Shown: piece after piece, positions 1 to 14,000 of the stretch
Layout: each line of letters begins with the position of its first letter
Position numbering within the stretch: the first letter of the stretch is position 1
Origin: Balanoglossus misakiensis
Taxonomy: Eukaryota; Animalia; Hemichordata
NCBI GenBank assembly: GCA_040954595.2
Contig: CM082578.2
Coordinates: 13,174,304-13,238,303, forward strand
DNA length: 64,000 nt
Reading direction: 5' to 3'
Translations under genes and position numbers: made by a program
Notes under the pieces: model-generated
The model's database searches: none
The model's input: the letters and a program-made list of their open reading frames with translations, nothing else
What the model was told of the DNA's origin: nothing

Positions 1-396
1 CCATTAAAACTCAGAAGGGCACGAGTAGAACATGAGTTTCTAGCTAAAACTAAACGTAATTCTACTGAATGAGATAAAATTCAATGTTGGGGTAGTGACC
101 GTAGCTTGTGTACGTACATCAAAGCATGTGTAAAAGATGTATAAAGTCGTGATCCACCACTACCGGGCCATTCTTTGCATGGCTATCTTGTCATTGTCCA
201 CAGTGTCATCTTCATAATAGAGCTGTTGGACCTCACAGTGGGCTGGTTTGTTGATGTAATTTGGGGCTCTACTACAGTTGTTATTAAAATTACCACGTGA
301 ATACAGAGGCCTATATACCCTGAATCCCTTTCATTCTGCAACACAGCCGTGCAGACTGCAATTCAATGACAATACCTACTGCTAATGGTACATGTA

Positions 397-574
397 CAGC
401 AAAACCCTTCTGAACTGAACCCTGTCTAATCTGGAAACCTGTCTATACCGAACACCCTGTCCATTCCCCTTCAAATAAAGCCACATGTTAAAAGAACCTC
501 TATAAACCAGACACCTCTGCAAACAGAACAATATTCTCGGTCCCTTTGCTGTCCGGTTTAGACAGGTTTTACTG
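397..574. mobile_element. MITE, Tc1/mariner(pogo)-like non-autonomous DNA transposon
   Basis: Imperfect terminal inverted repeats TA|CAGCAAAACC...GGTTTTACTG|TA with flanking TA dinucleotides; internal repeated CCTGTCTA-like motifs; no coding capacity. Confidence 0.6.
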
Positions 575-1129
575 TATTTATGAAGTGGATAGGACAGGTA
601 TAGATTGGCTACATGTGCAACACAACTATCCAAAGTACTACACTGTTAAAGCTGTCATCGACTTCTACCGGAAATTTGACAACAAATGGAACTGATTGTA
701 TAACACTGTCCAATTTACGCTGGGTCGTCTGCATACAGCCGAGTGTGCTGCTGGTATGTGACAATTACCGAGCGGCTACAACTAACTGTTATTGCCCATT
801 CGGATACCATTTACCACAGTCACGACCTGCTGATTCACTGGAAATTGAAGTCACATGTACAACTGCAATGACCCGTTGGCCATGTATACTTCAATCTGCA
901 GCAGAGCAGACAGTCCAAACAATTGGCAAATGGATTTATTTACACCACACAGAAATCACTTGAGAAGATGGAAGCATGTGGTAGCTGGCTTTGCTTCGTC
1001 TGTATGTACATAACAGAGAGATAATCCATGACCAACAATCACAGACATTATAAAAAATCTGCTGAACATACAGCAACTTTTTAATAATTATTAGAGGGTT
1101 GGACAATAATTACATTAGTATAATCTCAC

Positions 1130-4100
1130 CTGGTGTCCCTGTCAAAATGTGAAAAAGTTTCTGCAAGATTGCACTTCCAGCGTATATCTTTAATGCATAC
1201 GTGCGCCACGTGCTCTGTTGGTAAGATACACTCGGAGTCAGTTTCTGGTCCAATAGCTTCCGTGAAGAGGTGACTTTCCAGTTCCTTGAGACGTCTGAAT
1301 TGGTTCCTGACGTAGGTGATCTTTTTCTTGACCTTCGTCAGACTGTAGGCTTCAGATCCATTGACGGACGATACAGCTGAAATCAGAAATGGATTCAAAT
1401 GTTATTACGTACACTTGACAACTTCTACTCAGGGGTCACTTATTCTTTAGGGGTTTTGCAACATATTTGTTAAAGAGTTGGCCACTTATAAGTTTAACAT
1501 ATACCGTACACATCACCAGGCTTTTTATGAGTGAAACAAAAATACTTATATTTATAATCCACAGCATACTTGAATTAATATAAATGCCACGCAACTACAT
1601 GAAATATCATATCATACAAAATAAGTAAATAGTCCAGAATCCAGATTTCTGGTGTTTTTTTGCTATACGCTTCAACTTAGTTCACAAACTGTGTGTGTAG
1701 CATAGCAAAAAGTTTATTGCGGAATTTTGAACTGAAATTGCAATGTGCAAATATGTGTATGCCCTGCTCGTTGCCATGGTGATAATACCACATACTGGTA
1801 CTGTGTTAAAGAATGTGAACCCTGAGTTTGCCCCAGCGGATTGTCAACGGGGAAGGCGATTATTAAAAAAAAGGTTTTTGACGCCTTTGAAGCCACCAGA
1901 GATTCTGAAACCCCTATCTCTTTTATTTCTAATCAAATACCCCATGAAGAGCATCGGGGAAGAGGTGTGAACTGGAGCGTGATGGTTTTGTCGGCCATTA
2001 ATACTCCAGGGACTACAGATTGTAGGCAGGATTTACACTGAGGGATTCAACTAAATTCCAGTCCTGTGCATCATTTAAAAAAGCTTAGGCCACGATCTGC
2101 CTGAACCAGATGATAAACCCTGATTGCTATGAGTACTACTGCAATGATTATTCATCGTAAGCATATGTAACTGCCACCGAGAATGATCACACATATACAT
2201 ATATCTTCTTCATCTGAAGCCCTACAGCGAGGTGATTATCTCCTGAGCTTTTGCATAGTTGTTGATCTGTGATTTTTTTCTCAATGCATTATAGTATATA
2301 CTGTATCTATAGTGTGATTGGAACCTTGTTCATCTCATTGTGTAAATAGTTCTTCATTGTTTCAGGCCATCCACGAGCATCATCATCTTCAGATTGCTAC
2401 ATCTACATTGTACATGCACAGCAATCTACAAAGCCACCAATTTCACGGTGTGCAGATACCGTGAAAGCCCAGTGGTGGAAATACGAAACAATGAAGCGAC
2501 TAAGCACACAGGACAATGTGTATTTTAACTATTCAGTGGTGCTAATCTCTAAATGTGACTCCCCTTTTCACGTCGAAAGGAAAATACCAGCATTTGAATT
2601 CAATTTGTGACAGTTTGCCAAGGACGGTTCTTTTGATACAAATCTCATCACAGTTATTCTTTCACTGTGATATGTCTGGAGGGGAACCCCGAGAGATCAC
2701 ACGTTGCCCACACTGCAATCAGCACAAGCCATGGTCAGAACAACAGCCCACTTTCTACTTGTTCCTCAAAATCTAGAAATTCTCCAAAATTTACATTCCT
2801 TTTTCTTGCTACAACTGTCAAAGCAATGAGAGACTTATCTGTTCAAGAAACCTGTGCTAGTGTTTATGTATGTAAGCTAATGAGATGTGTATAGTGAGAA
2901 GCTATACAGGCAAAGGCTGGACTTGGGTTAGCTCAGAGCTGATCCAGTCGGAAACTCTGAAAGCTGGCATTAACCCTTTCACCCAGTGAGTTGCTTCTAT
3001 GGAGGTCCAACTTTACTATAGAATTAATGAGCTGGATACTGTGCATTTCATCATGTTCAATGGATACGAACAAGACACTGCAGCAAAAAAATACCACAAA
3101 GATGGAGAAAAGAACCAGCGTCCCTCCATCAGGGGACTGTGGATGAACTTTATTCTCCAATCATAAACTATATGGCAGTCGGGGAAGTACAATGTACATG
3201 GTACATGCAATATTACAGGAAAATCACAGAGGACTTTAGTTGCAATTCATGACATTTCAGAATTCCGGCAGACGGTAGTTTACAAACACTTGGCAGGCTG
3301 TATGCATTCAGTATGTGTAACATGGCAGTACTGAACTCTTAGACGTGCAGAGGAGCATGACGTCTGCGTGACTGACTGAATGGATGGAAGGAAACAGTTG
3401 AAAATTCCCTGGAAATTGATGAACTACACAAAGTACATGCTGTCTGCAGTCAGCATAAGAAATACATGCTGGCAAACATTGATACTGTAAAACGGGAAAT
3501 TTTCGCAAACGATAAATTTCTGCAAATTTCGTGAGAACCAGGCAAACGGGAAAAATTAATGGTTGTGAATTTTGACAATGCAGTTAAGTGAATTAAAAGA
3601 ACTGAAATTAAATGTCGCGAATAGGCACCTCTATTTATATCGCAAAAATTTCCGGTCATAAAAATTTCCCGTTTTACAGTAATTCCCCTTGAACTTTTTC
3701 CATTGCAAATCTATTTCCACTTAGGGGATTCCAAAATGGTAAACAATGCAAGTACTCCTTAGTCCTAGTATTAAAACAAAATTCAATACGGGCAGTGGAA
3801 GTGTCACCCAGTATGACCAAGACAATGCCTCAGGGTTATTTAACTGACACAAAATAACCAGTATTCTGCTGAGTATCAGTATGACAGTTGCTACCCTTCA
3901 TTCTGATATAACAATGTAAACTCATTATCATAACAGTTAAATACCAATTGTTATGCAAATATACATTCCCAGAGATAACACATTGTTTAAAGTAACAATG
4001 GAGGAACACTGATAAGCTTTTTTAATTGGCTGAGCTAAAACAATACCTTGAAATAAACACAATGAACTTTATACACAAGCAAAACAATGCTGATTAATGA

Positions 4101-5134
4101 AGCATTCCCCAATTCCTGGGACAATGTGAGGGCCATGAATGGGAAGCACAAAGGACTATTTACTGCACATGGCAAAACAATCAACCCATTTGCAATTTGT
4201 GAATGCCTGTGAAGTAGTATACATTGGTTCCCTATGAGACCAGGGCTTTAAGTTGTTTTGCCTTGTCACAGCTTTTAGTTTATACAGGGTTTGGTTTAGA
4301 AAGGTTTCTGGCACCTATAAACAGTTTCAAATACGACGTTCTGTTATGTAAGCTGAATTTCCCAGACATGTGTGTAGGTGTAGTCACAAGAAACAGTGTA
4401 TCGTGATAGCCGGGGCGGCGTTGCTAATTCTTAACTTTACGGACCCTCGAAGTAAAAAAAACACGACGCCACGTGACATCAAATTCACAAGTTTACAATG
4501 ACTGGCCACAATGCGTCAAGGTCTCAGCAGCCGAGACACAATAGCCCCCACACCTCACCCATACCTTCTCTGAAACAATCAACAAGCAGCCCCACACTAC
4601 CATTATTACCACGTTAACAATTCTTGGCCGTACGCAAAACCTATACCATGACTGGGGACATTTTCAATAATTTTTATCCCGCACACACGAATGACCGACG
4701 TCGCGTCGTCTTCATCGTTATTAATTAAAATGTCAGAATCTAGCCCATTTTCAGCCTTACCCCCCCCCCCCCCCCGACTGACTGACTCAGTGACTGAACT
4801 GGCATTTTATTAATCTGCCATCCATACAAAGTTAGTGCCATTTAAACTTACCTAAATTGTCCTGTGGATGACGTCCCAGTCGGTACACGTTTTCGGAATC
4901 CGCCGGGGCCAACTTCTTCTGGTAGTTTGTCGTCCCTGGTCTAGAAGAGTTTCTCTGCCTGGAAAGTTCCTTTTCCCACCTTACGGCTTCATCTTGTCTG
5001 TCGGTACTGTCCGCGCCTGACGTCTCTTCCCTGGCGTTTGTCGAGAGCTTCAAAAACAACAAAACTTGGCAAAGAAAAGTCACGCTGACTATAATAGCGA
5101 GATTCCTGCTTCGCGAACGACGGAGGACGAACAT
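1130..5134 (-). CDS. Partial gene, type II membrane protein (possible glycosyltransferase N-terminus); exons 5134-4852 and 1376-1130; 3' part unresolved or beyond the window start
   Basis: Exon 1 MFVLRRSRSRNLAIIVSVTFLCQVLLFLKL (basic tail + signal anchor) ends at a G|GTAAGT donor in phase 1; exon 1376-1130 has a TTTCAG acceptor, continues in that phase (AVSSVNGSEAY...HFDRDT) and ends at AG|GTGAGA. No diagnostic domain visible. Confidence 0.5.
3485..3679. mobile_element. MITE with perfect TIRs and TA target-site duplication
   Basis: TA|CTGTAAAACGGGAAATTTT ... AAAATTTCCCGTTTTACAG|TA: perfect 19-bp inverted ends plus flanking TA. Confidence 0.8.
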
Positions 5135-6932
5135 GGTTCAAAACAATCTATGGTCTAGTGCAGTGAACGATTTCCCCTGTCAGTGTGTGCCCCGGTGTGG
5201 CTGGGGTGAATGTTGTCAAAGCAAGGGCGGCCTGCACTACTAATGTAGACACGAGCTGTCCAGTAACATGATGCTTTGCCAACAGCTGCTATTACTGTGA
5301 AGCAAAATTCATCAACTGCACGTTTGAGGCAGAACATTCACCCACCACACAAGGCGGGGGACGCTTCTACTGAAACTAAAGTACATGTACTATGCTTCGA
5401 TTGAGAGCGCTGAATTAATCCCATGGGACGCCGATAAACTGTCGATCGATAGTTACCAACAGAGGGCGACAAACCCTTGACATCATCGTTCGATAAACTT
5501 ACGTGAGAATTACTTAATACATGTAAAATGTACTGGCCCAGTGCCCTGAGTGTGCCACCCCGAATTAACTTGGAACTGAAGAACCAACCACTTTTTTTTC
5601 ACTGTTTGAGATGATTTTCAGTGTGTCCTTTTCATAACAAGATAACTAAGCAAAGCCTATTAGACTAGGGCCTAAATACTAAAATGCAGTTTACAGAAAC
5701 CCACCAGTTTCTTCTAATTCAGTGTTTTAAGTTAAAGTGAAACAGTTTAATGATTTTGTATTTTAAGAGTTGTATTGGTACGAGTGTGTTGTACTATTTG
5801 TTGTAGGCTACTATTTATATCTTATGGGACCACAGTGGAAATACTTTAGGCCTACTAACTTTTCTGTGTTATCATAGCACTAGATGTAGGTTGTTTCAGG
5901 GTGTGTGTCATTATAGGTAGGCCTAAATCAAATCAAATAAAAAAGTTCACATCGCGTCACTCCGTTGAGGGCAAGATTCACCCATCCTCCCACCATCTAT
6001 CTAATCTACCTGTCTAGGCCTACCTGTAGGCCTAATCCTGTCTGTCTGCGATAGAGAGAGAAAAAACACTGAACCAACACTGTCTTGCTATGGGTTTCCC
6101 TATCATCTCACAACTCTATAAAAACATTCTGTGAACCTTGGGCCTAGTGTCACACGAACGGAGATGAATGAAGGTTCAGTTCGTTTTGTCCTAGTCGAAA
6201 GGAAAGCTTCTAAAAGAAAGAACCCCCAAAGATTTTTATAACTTTATTCTTGACCTGACCAGTGAGACAATATTATTGTTGTATCAGGCGACACACTATA
6301 CACCTAGCATTGTATTGGCCATAAAACATAACATCGTCACTCTATTGTTAAAAAATACGCAGCTGAAAAGTAAAGCTAAGGTCGGGGCACTTTGCGCATG
6401 GTCAGAGCACCGTTTGCCAACATCGTTCACGGGGAAAGTTCCCGGTCTGCATAGCATATTGCCGATCGACGATTGTTATCTGACGATTTGGTTGAAATCC
6501 GTACTGGTGGAAATGAATTATCTACGTCTAGAGGGCGATATACTCTTGTAGAGGGTCACGGACACAGGAACATTTAAACAAGTAAGCCACCAGTCCACTT
6601 GCATTGTGTGTTTCTATGACGTGAGCGCCTTTGTACATAATTGGGACCGTTTTAAACATACGTCACTAAGCAGTAACTGGTCAACAAAGAGTATAGTACA
6701 GAAAGTGCATATGCTGTGTGATACTGTCAGAATAGAAAATAATAGTAATATCGGAAGGTATTACTTGGACATACATGTAGGCCTATAGCAATGACAAAGT
6801 AAAACATGCTGTATACAGTGGATGCCATTTGCTTTTCCGTGTGACTGACCTACCTACATATTTACCCACCCTGTGCATCTAACCGTCCGTCTGCCTTGCA
6901 AGTAAACGTGTTTTATTTGTACATTTTCAGCA

Positions 6933-8034
6933 ATGTCAAAATTGCAGTATATCTCCGCTTTATTTTGCACACTGTCTGTCGTTACATATTCACCGGTAGT
7001 CAAGTCTGGAATTGGTAAGTAGCCACACGGTGAACTAAGATTTAATGTCTCTCTGTCTGTCTCTGTCCGTCCGTACATATGTACCATATATCACGTGATG
7101 TAACATTATTCCTACAGGAGTCAATAACGAGAACTGTAACACCACACTGTCGTCCAACTGTACTTATCACAACAGTACGGACTCTTGTGTTTGTACTGAC
7201 GAAGATTCCGAACATCAAAATGGTGAGACCTTTTTGTTTCTTAACCAGTCTGTTTCATATCACGCTTGGGAGGTTGTATCAAACAAACTGCTATACACAT
7301 CCCTCAGTTAGTATATTTACACGAAATAATTCAGTATCCTGTACAGGAGAGGATGGCGATGGCGATGCAGCCCTGCCGAGCGGAGGTCACAGCCCCGTCA
7401 ATTATGCTTATTATGTCATTGGTGGCGCCCTGTTTGTACTGCTCGTCGTTTGTCTGGTGCGGACGAAAACGCTCCAACAAAAGCTGAAACGTGACATGGA
7501 GCTGGAACGAAATCAAAGGATACAAGGTACATGTACTCGCACTTCGAGTTGGCAAACGTACTTCTTTAATTTCAATATTGCGTATGTGCATGTACCATGC
7601 ATGTCAAGCAAAGCGAAAAATGTCAGTGAATCATTTGTTCTTAGCGCATTTTCTTGGAATTCAGACGACAATGGAGGCATCATATTCTGGTCCATTTCAC
7701 AGAGGGTGTGGCCATTCGGAATCGAAACTACGGAGAGGCCAGCGATCATGATGGGGAGGGCCACAGCGATGCAAAAACCTTGAGAAGTTCAGGAGAAACG
7801 TCTCCAGAGATTTCGTCGCCGAGGGATGTGCGACTCTCAAGAGTCACGTGCTATGACAGCGAATCTGGCAAAGATCGGGAAACGTCATCGAAAAAAACAG
7901 AAACGGGCATTGCACCAGTTTCCTCCTCTGTAGTCGGAAGAATTGGTTCTGTAGGCATATTAACGGAGGATCACATCAACTTATCATTTGACGATAACGA
8001 AAATAATGGTTTAAACAAAGTACATGTAGTCTGA
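6933..8034 (+). CDS. Uncharacterised single-pass type I membrane protein (~232 aa); exons 6933-7014, 7118-7222, 7347-7526, 7703-8034
   Basis: Signal peptide MSKLQYISALFCTLSVVTYSPVVKSG; small 4-Cys, N-glycosylation-rich ectodomain (NCNTTLSSNCTYHNSTDSCVC); TM YAYYVIGGALFVLLVVCLV followed by basic residues; Ser-rich tail. All three introns GT-AG, phase 1. Last acceptor is ambiguous (7703 preferred; an upstream TTCAG gives a shorter tail ending at 7783). Confidence 0.7.
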
Positions 8035-8527
8035 AGAGCTCGTGTGCAAGTAACAGAAAATATGGGAAAACGATTTCCCTCTTCACTCGAATTTAGTCGA
8101 TATTGCCACTACAGTGTACTGTTCCAAAAGGTATAAAAAAATTGGCAATGTTGAAATGTGTTCGATATGCTTTTCACAACTTTTACACAGTATATTACGA
8201 ACACCGCTTTCCCAAAGAGTTGAGACTGTATGGCAATCCGGATCGCCGGCTGCTAGCTCCGCGATTTATTCGTTACCAAGCCCTCTATCACGAACATTGT
8301 CCATACTTTTGTTTTATCTATCAGTTTGTTTCTCAGAAGTAATTCGGAGTCCCTCTTATCAGGTCATCCGCTTTCAAATAAATGATATAATTAACAGCTT
8401 TATATATATTTTTTAAATATTCGCACATCTTGTTTGCTTCATTCTACATTGAAAGAGGGATTTCATGCCGGCGAAAACCACCTGGGCGCAAAGTTTCCGC
8501 GTCAGTCATATTGCTATTTGGAGGACA

Positions 8528-10605
8528 TCAATATGGCCACTTGTAAACCGTAGCTTCTTTTGGCATTCCCGGTAGATAGGCGAGTCCTTTCGATAGCCGT
8601 CCGTGTGCTTCCCTCTCGCGAATAACGAACGCACTCCACGATCCGTACGTGAACCAGGGCAGGAACACTCTGGCACCTATGGATGCATATATTAAGTTGG
8701 ACGGGAAGCGTGTTAATAACGCATTGCGTCGACAAATGTTCTTGTCGTCGCTTCAATTATCTATCTACTGTCCCTAGTAACATTTTGTGTGTAAGAGAGA
8801 CCAACAATAACGCAATAACGATACTTGTGACGAATCATGCGGGTAATGGTATAGTCAGGAACTTACGTAAAGATATTTCCTGCTCGATTAGCGAAATAAC
8901 ATAAGAGTTACTGATGTATGGATCCAACTCCTTAAACTTCAGGATGTCAGCCTGAGTAATTACCCTCTCGGGGGATAGCTTAGATTTTAAGTCAACCAGT
9001 ATTCGCTGAAAGGAAACGTAATAAACCATTTTATACCAATATACACGCAAGTTTTATTTTTATATAATTCATGCTAACAAATGAACGAACTGTCAAACTT
9101 GCATGGCTACAGAGCTACATTCGCCAAGGCCATGGAAGGGTGAAAAGGGTTAAGCCAGGCAATTTGACTCTCTTTGGTGATTGGCAAGTCTTTACCTGTT
9201 CGAAAGTTGGATGTGCCACGTACATACAGCTCAAGTTCATGCTCTTCATGTAATCGATGATGACGTCAGAGATATTCGGCGACAGCCTGATCAACGTTTG
9301 GACATCTTCCAGCATGTTGCCCTCGCATACATTGAACACGATACAACTGTTAAGGAAACACATTCAAACAAAATAGTCATTCAAGTCGGTAACGTATGTA
9401 TACACGTACGCGTAAAAAACTTCAGTCACACTTTCCATAAATCACCGTGATAAACTGGGTAATCAAAACTGTTGTGGGGTTCATGCATGTTAAGTCATTT
9501 CGATCTTAATATCACGCAAACCCTTAATCAAATGTACATACAACAATGCAAGGCCACACTGAACCTGTGGTTACTATATACCTTGTAATTTTGAACATAT
9601 CATTTCACACACTCCCCGCAATTTTGTGCATACACTGAGTAAACTTTTAAAAATAAGCCCCATAACAGACTTCATTCACGATTATTACATTGCAGCTCAG
9701 CAGGGCAGCATTTCATTTGGTTACCTAAGGTCAGGCTATAAAAGATGGTGGGAAAAAAACAAACCCAGGAACATTCAGAATTCACAATGAACGAAATCAC
9801 AAATGAAAGTAGAATTATCCCAACCTTTCTCCAGTCTTGTTTCGCCAGTGCACCACAAGAAACGGTTCTCCGCCGCACATCCTTTCTTCAACCCGGTCGA
9901 CAATTTCCCGGATGTAGGGGGCCTTGGCCAGTCCAAGAGCCGCTCTGGCCTGAAGGACCTCAAGATTTTTGACTTCAACTTTGACCTTGTTTGGATGGTA
10001 CACGGCAACGCAGCGCAAATCCCGCGCAGACTGGAGCCGTTCCTCGTATTCTTTTTCGGAATTCGGAATGCTTGTCGACTTCGGTAGCAGCACTCCGAGA
10101 CGCTTCTCGTAGACGCCGCGGTAATGTTCGTACATTTTGACGAACTCTTCCCTCGTCTTAGAGGGATCCGTGTTCCGAAACGGGTCGATTATGAGACTGT
10201 CGCCGAAAATGTGGTTTCCACACACCTTTTTGAAGTGGTCCAGCGAGACAGCCGGCACCACTTGATTCAAAGCGCGTTCATCGAACGTGGAAGAGAAAGG
10301 CACCAAGTAGTTCGAAGGCGTGTCTCTGTAGTGCGTCTTCATGGGCACAGTCACAACAGTTCTGTTGAAGTGCATTGCCAAGTGAGTCGCGTGCCTCATC
10401 TGGCCCATCCACCATCCCGGTCCGTTCCAGTTGTACTCGATCAAAGGCAACAGATATGTTCGATCGTCAATTATTAGCGGTTGCAGCAAATCGTGTGTGT
10501 CCTGTCTGCTGCTGTGTGCTGGAGGCTTTGTCTGCGACTTTACTGCCTACAATGCGAATTGTAAAATACTATATTATTGTTGTTGTAAATGTTGGCTTTC
10601 TTGTT

Positions 10606-10641
<36 letters not shown>

Positions 10642-11062
10642 ATGCTAGCACTCCTAATACTACTGGTTTCGCCGAATACCAAATCAATGTGATGATATTT
10701 ACAATTCCCTCAGTATAGCAAATGCTGTTAAAGATGACGTGACGTATCAGTATTAAATAGTGAACGACCCCAAGGTGGTTCTTGGTTTCGAATCGCCGGG
10801 GACCGCACGCCCGAGGCGATTGGAAACCAAGATTCCCGCGCGCCGTTCATCACACTGGGTTAAATACTAACGAGCGTGAAAAGAGGAACCCGTGTACAAC
10901 TTCCCTTAATCTTACCCGTTTTAGAGTCGCGTGACGTCTCGCACTCTCCGAATGTAGGTTACCCGCAGTATGAAGTTTGAGAAACATTAACAAAACCAGC
11001 ATCGACGACGAAATCGTCAAGCCGAGAAAGAATTCAACCTTGCGACGGCACAGGTAGACCAT
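8528..11062 (-). CDS. O-fucosyltransferase-family (POFUT1/POFUT2-like, GT-B fold) type II membrane protein (~435 aa); exons 11062-10916, 10546-9825, 9346-9196, 9005-8867, 8676-8528
   Basis: N-terminal signal anchor; motifs A..FNRTVVT.P, FSSTFD, PFLVVHWR (GDP-fucose-binding Arg position), YVA, and SLIEQEISLRARVF...GSWSAFVIRER, resembling the O-FucT IEQxIC..A..FIG..STFS..I..ER pattern. All junctions GT-AG and phase-consistent (1308 nt with stop). Confidence 0.8.
10604..10640. repeat. (GTT)n microsatellite in intron 1 of the O-fucosyltransferase-like gene
   Basis: Directly visible tandem GTT run. Confidence 0.9.
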
Positions 11063-14000
11063 CTCGTCAAACAGCTTCGCCAAACAGGGTACACTATATG
11101 AAGCAAAGCAGAATGTGTAATAAATCCACCTGCAAGTACAGACTAAATGACAAAGGTGCAGAAGTAGATGCATCCATGCCACGCCGGGCAACGTGACCTC
11201 AATACTGTTCTTACGTCACGTCGGTCCTACTCTACTTCCTACTGTAATACCATATCTGCAAATGAACGATGACCACCTGGAAACGCATTCCCAAACCATT
11301 CACACATGAATATTCGATAGAAATTTTCTCCAAAAGGCATGCAAGTTCACATGCACGTTGCAATGAAAATAATATAAAACGTAATATAAATCCTAATACA
11401 TGTAATGCAAATCTGAACGTTATAAGCCTACGCTGCCCGTTGCAGATGTTGTTTTGAGTTGGCTACTACAGGGTCATCACATTTCGGGTTTACTGCAAGA
11501 AATTTGCAAAATTCCAACAACACACCAAAGTACTCGTTTTGATAACCTCGGGTGGGTGTACTAAAAGCCTACTGTCTATAGCCCACTGTCAAACAGACAC
11601 AAATCGCCAGAAGTATCAGAGAAGGACCAAAAACAGCTAACGATGTAGATGTACAGATATCCACGTCCACACTCATTCTTCACGGTTCACCGGCGTGTTA
11701 ACGACGTAATGTGTCTCTCTTACCGTCTTTTTCCACTACAGTGAAACGTAACCGCGCGGCATTCTGGCAGAGTAGATGCTGCAACCTAAGTTCACTGTTT
11801 TTTGTTGAGTTTTGTCAAACTGCACGGCGAAACGTTGAATATCAGCCTCTTATTCGGAATAGGACTGTCCAGCGCACCTTCGCACTCAGCAAGCCAAGAA
11901 TCACCCGAGGCACTACATCTTGGGTCGTGCACCCGTGCAATCCACGTGGCAGACTACGTCACGAAAGATGATCGCAAGCCAGATGTTGCTATCCAATAAA
12001 CGAACAAGCTCCTCGCCAACTACGACAGGCTTGGCAGAGATCAAGGAGGGGGTTTGCCAATCGATCAGAAATCACGCCACCACACGGGCCGGGCACAATG
12101 TTAACGTTACGTTTACTAGCAGCGCCTTCGGTGGTGAAGGGCGGGGGGGGGGGGAGAGTCACCGTTCAGTCACTGCGTTCGTACACGTCTACAAAATTAC
12201 AGTGACATGTAACATAATTATTCCAACCGCGGGGCATTTAGTTCACATGTGTTCCTGTCCAGTTGTGAAACTCAAGATTTCTTCTGGATTATTAGTTGTA
12301 TTGATTGACATAAACATGGGGTCATGTGAACACGTGTGAAATCATGCACGACATATCGGTTATGGCTATCAGTTACCACAAAAGAAAGTGAACGACTTAA
12401 ATAGCACGGCAACTTTTTTGGAATAACTGGTAAAATAAATGCAAGATTAATAACGCGCCACTTTTGTCAGCAGCAGTAGGGTATAGGCTAGTTTCTGTTC
12501 AGATTTTTGCCGCGGATGTCGCTGGCTTGATTGACACAGACATGCGGTCATGTCAAGCTATCGGCTATCACGGGGCATTGGAAGTGGCTTGAATATCATA
12601 AAATTATGCAGTATTAATGTACATGAAATGACTCTGTATGCACGAATGACCTCGAACTTCTTTGTGGGTGCGACGTTTGAATATCAGTCTATGGTTTCTC
12701 TCTGGCCGTCGAAGGGAGTCAAAAATATGCAAACCTCTGATATAGGAATGGCATGATATTCGTGATACCAGAGTTGAAACTGGAAATTCTGCACCAACAT
12801 TCTTCCCCAGACGAAATTTTATGACATTCTCTCACACGCCAGTGCTTTTCCCTACAAGCAGCAGGGGACAGAATGATGAAAACTTAGTAGACGACAAGTC
12901 ATTCTATATACCACCGTTTGTCGTTCTCCCCACTCTGTGTGCAGTCTAACGTGTTCTTAGCGACAGAGATACAAGTAAACCCATAAATCAACTACACGTT
13001 GATGATTAGATAATTTTTTTGGAATAATATGGTCTCCAGGCACTAGACATTGGTGAGACCGTCTCGTCAGCGTTTGTGAACCAGCAACTTATACTGATTT
13101 GCTCTTCATGCTAACACGGTGGCCATTACAAGTTGACACCCAAAACCGAAGTGTGATTTTTTTCTAATAGCTTCATGGTAACATTTGGATCTCCACATTT
13201 GGCATTTCTGAGTATCATCTTGCAGAGTCTTTACACTAAGGACACTTCAAGTTTTTTCCAAAGTGTTTTCCACATAGGTGCAGTCGCTATATATTAACGG
13301 AAACCATGGATAAGATGGAATGACAATAACAGTCATAAATGGAATGAGTTTGTGACTGCACTAGTTCACATTTGCATTATAGGCTCACCATCATAACGCG
13401 CTTTATTTTGGTGACCCTCATTGTACAGTGCTGGAGGCCACATATTATGTGCATACAAACGGTAATATCGGGGCTAATATTTATATCTTTCCACATTTGT
13501 CCAATGTGCTCTGGAAACGTGTCAATGCCACACATATGTCAAAAGGGATGTGCCAAGTTTCCAAATTATCAGATGAGAACGACACACACACAAAATTATA
13601 ATCCCGCACGAAATGAAATGAAATGAGGTTAATTTGAAATTACGTAGTTGATAAAAGTAAATCTATATCGCACTTAGTACCTACCTGTGTAACGACTAAA
13701 CACAACACGTCAATCAACACGCGAGCGACAGTTCTCCGGGGGTAAGAACTCGCTGGTCTCTCGTCGCAATGCTTAGGTCAGTTGCTATACGAAGGCCACT
13801 CCACGTCTCGCGCATTCCTGGGTGTCATAGGTGATGACGTCAATAAGGTTGGGATGTTTATCTGTGAGCTACATGCTGTCAGAGACCTAAACGTTCGTTT
13901 TCCTGTAATTGAAGAATCTGCACGAGAGAGCACAATTCTGAGAGTAGGCAATGCATGTTTTATTGTTTTTGAAGAGAATGCGCATCAATATTTCACTTTG

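Noticed and set aside
161-320. Possible terminal exon (-) reading ...VYRPLYSRGNF...KIAMQRMAR* for the first gene
   Set aside because: Phase is compatible, but the acceptor lacks a polypyrimidine tract and no domain is recognisable.
2700-3020. Two candidate alternative terminal exons (-) inside intron 1 of the first gene
   Set aside because: Short, end in early stops, no homology; cannot be distinguished from chance.
7079-7783. 234-aa ORF taken as a single-exon gene
   Set aside because: It reads through introns; only 7347-7526 is clearly in the true frame of the 4-exon model.
10375-10718. Poly-Val and poly-Cys ORFs
   Set aside because: Translations of the (GTT)n microsatellite.
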